Assembly (NCBI GenBank): GCA_044376115.1
Contig: JBILLK010000093.1
Span: 1 to 19,947 of the forward strand
DNA length: 19,947 nt
Reading direction: 5' to 3'
Origin: Polyangiaceae bacterium
Lineage (GTDB): Bacteria > Myxococcota_A > Polyangia > Polyangiales > Polyangiaceae
The notes beneath the pieces are model-generated. The model was not told the DNA's origin. It worked only from the letters and a program-made list of their open reading frames with translations, and did not search any database. Positions 17,109-19,947 of this stretch are shown here, in pieces. The first letter of the stretch is position 1, and every line of letters starts with the position of its first letter. The position numbers and the translations under genes were made by a program.

Positions 17109-19947
17109 CCTTCCGCTGTTAAACGACAGCGGCCTCATTGAAGCACCTGCTACGGCTTGCGTTGCGTCGTTTCCATTGCCCGACCTTCCGCTGTTAAACG
17201 ACAGCGGCCTCATTGAAGCAACACGTGTGCCCTGACCTACATCCAAGCCGCTGTTGACCTTCCGCTGTTAAACGACAGCGGCCTCATTGAAGCGAGCTTC
17301 GCGTGCGCATCGTGAACAACGGCGGTAGCTGCCTTCCGCTGTTAAACGACAGCGGCCTCATTGAAGCGGCCAGCTGGCGAACTACGCCAACAGCGCCGCA
17401 CCTGCCCTTCCGCTGTTAAACGACAGCGGCCTCATTGAAGCATGAACCGCAAGAGCATAGCTTTTAGGTCGCGGCAAAGGCCCTTCCGCTGTTAAACGAC
17501 AGCGGCCTCATTGAAGCGGACAGCTCGGCCATCACTCAACCTCGGAGGTAAGAAGCCTTCCGCTGTTAAACGACAGCGGCCTCATTGAAGCAGATCGGGA
17601 GATAGAATCAAGTCCTCGGGGTCAACCACCCTTCCGCTGTTAAACGACAGCGGCCTCATTGAAGCATCTGATAGCGGGCATACGGCACACCGAGCACGCA
17701 ACGCCTTCCGCTGTTAAACGACAGCGGCCTCATTGAAGCGGGAACCACCGACGAGCGAACCACTTGCGATTGCTGCGGCCTTCCGCTGTTAAACGACAGC
17801 GGCCTCATTGAAGCTCTGACGTCTCCAACGCTACCGGCGTCGGCAGTGAGCGACCCTTCCGCTGTTAAACGACAGCGGCCTCATTGAAGCGGCTGATGCT
17901 GATGTTGACGACGTCGCTTAGAGACATGACCTTCCGCTGTTAAACGACAGCGGCCTCATTGAAGCGGACAGGGGCAGCGGGCAGGTCGGTGGCCGAAACG
18001 AGCGCCTTCCGCTGTTAAACGACAGCGGCCTCATTGAAGCACATCGTCGATAGCAGCGGCCTCAAGCTCGCTCGCTGCCTTCCGCTGTTAAACGACAGCG
18101 GCCTCATTGAAGCTTGGACATGGCCGCGTACTACTCAAGAGAGCTTTTTGCCTTCCGCTGTTAAACGACAGCGGCCTCATTGAAGCAGGTCGATCTACTC
18201 AACGGTCGGGCGCAACTGTGCGTTCCTTCCGCTGTTAAACGACAGCGGCCTCATTGAAGCTTAGCGTGCTAGCGGTTAGTTGCGTATCCGATGCTTGCCC
18301 TTCCGCTGTTAAACGACAGCGGCCTCATTGAAGCAGGTCAACCAAGCGCCCCGTCGCTAACCGCCTACGTCGGCCTTCCGCTGTTAAACGACAGCGGCCT
18401 CATTGAAGCCAAGCCCATCAAACATTGCTAGGACCCTTCGCCCAAGCCTTCCGCTGTTAAACGACAGCGGCCTCATTGAAGCAAGTGGGCAACATGAAGT
18501 TGTTCGCGCCTAATTCTGCATCCTTCCGCTGTTAAACGACAGCGGCCTCATTGAAGCCTCGTAACTCTCTTCGCTCATCGTTGCTCCTTCGCTTTCCTTC
18601 CGCTGTTAAACGACAGCGGCCTCATTGAAGCTAGAGGTCCATCACTTCGTGTGCATCGAGCAGCTCGTCCTTCCGCTGTTAAACGACAGCGGCCTCATTG
18701 AAGCGGCACGCCTGGCAGCTGGGAAGCCTCGGTCACCGTGACGCCTTCCGCTGTTAAACGACAGCGGCCTCATTGAAGCCCTGTAGTTGGTCTTGATGGC
18801 CACTTGCAGGTTGCGGCCTTCCGCTGTTAAACGACAGCGGCCTCATTGAAGCTACAGGAAACAATCGACAAGGTTGTTTGCGCGACCGAGTACCTTCCGC
18901 TGTTAAACGACAGCGGCCTCATTGAAGCGTGTCAACGTTGAAGACCACGAACTGCTTCCACACCTGATCCTTCCGCTGTTAAACGACAGCGGCCTCATTG
19001 AAGCCTGATGATCTCGGAGGAGGCAACCGCGCTCTGGATCCGTCCTTCCGCTGTTAAACGACAGCGGCCTCATTGAAGCGTGGGAGCAACGGAGGAGCGT
19101 GCTGTTCATGTAACCCATCCTTCCGCTGTTAAACGACAGCGGCCTCATTGAAGCGCGTGTCGACGTTCTCCCGTACCGAGGCACACGCGTAATGCCTTCC
19201 GCTGTTAAACGACAGCGGCCTCATTGAAGCCTCATAGCTCGTAGTGCGCAGCTTGCCTTCGACGGTGACCTTCCGCTGTTAAACGACAGCGGCCTCATTG
19301 AAGCGGCAACGGCCGCAAAGGCGCTGGCAGGGTTCGCGGTCACCTTCCGCTGTTAAACGACAGCGGCCTCATTGAAGCCACTGCCTTCTCCGCTTGAGCC
19401 TGCATTGTCGGGCTTACCTTCCGCTGTTAAACGACAGCGGCCTCATTGAAGCCCTTCCGGTAAGTTCCGAACGCGCATCACTTCAGAGGACCTTCCGCTG
19501 TTAAACGACAGCGGCCTCATTGAAGCGAGTTGCTCTAACCGCTGGTGGCATTCGTCGTTTGCCTTCCGCTGTTAAACGACAGCGGCCTCATTGAAGCGTC
19601 AAGGCGACCGTTCAGCTGGGTCTGATACCACCCACCTTCCGCTGTTAAACGACAGCGGCCTCATTGAAGCCCGAAGGCCCGCGAGGACCTCTCTGGGATC
19701 GTCGTGCCCTTCCGCTGTTAAACGACAGCGGCCTCATTGAAGCACTCGCGATGTCGACTTTGACTCGTCGGCCTTTGATATCCTTCCGCTGTTAAACGAC
19801 AGCGGCCTCATTGAAGCACGCTGGCCGCGTCTTCGTCATTCTCGTTGGGACCCCCAACCCTTCCGCTGTTAAACGACAGCGGCCTCATTGAAGCGGGACA
19901 AGGTCGTCATCGACGATCGCGAGTGGCCAGGGCCTTCCGCTGTTAAA
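17109..19947 (+). CRISPR. CRISPR array, repeat CCTTCCGCTGTTAAACGACAGCGGCCTCATTGAAGC (36 bp): 38 complete repeats plus 1 truncated, 38 spacers of 35-41 bp; continues past the window
   Basis: Identical repeats from 17109 to 19894 and a partial one at 19933; stem CCGCTGT/ACAGCGG; 3' ATTGAAGC handle typical of I-G; leader adjacent to cas2. Confidence 0.99.

Noticed and set aside
18041..18077. Spacer 13 contains CAGCGGCCTCA, an 11-nt match to the repeat (spacer 32 also begins CCTTCCG)
   Set aside because: Spacer lengths are normal and matches this short in GC-rich DNA are plausibly chance.
17010..19184. ORFs inside the leader and CRISPR array
   Set aside because: Translations of repeat-spacer units, not genes.
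19818..19858. Spacer 37 shares TCGTTGGGACCC with array A (831-842), suggesting self-targeting
   Set aside because: A 12-nt match is expected by chance at this search size and does not extend.

Overview
GC-rich bacterial window, probably from a myxobacterium (Myxococcota; inferred from protein motifs only), carrying a complete type I-G (formerly I-U) CRISPR-Cas locus. The minus strand holds one tightly coupled operon: WYL regulator, DGQHR (DndB-like) protein, 666-aa chimeric DNA-binding/AgmK-like protein, KilA-N protein, 69-aa junction ORF, cas3 (C-terminal HD), csx17/cas8g, csb1/cas7 and csb2 (cas5-cas6). Divergently on the plus strand are a cas4-cas1 fusion, cas2, a leader and an array of 38 complete identical 36-bp repeats that runs off the right edge. 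Three things stand out. (i) Four non-canonical accessory genes sit upstream of cas3 in the same operon, three of them chained to it by overlapping or near-adjacent stop/start codons. (ii) The KilA-N cassette is bracketed by a 179-bp direct duplication of the gene junction, so KilA-N and Cas3 share an N-terminus and the cassette could in principle excise cleanly. (iii) Downstream of csb2 are two unrelated non-coding palindrome arrays (664-990 and 1066-1645), both with a period of about 41.6 bp (four helical turns) and internal orientation switches.
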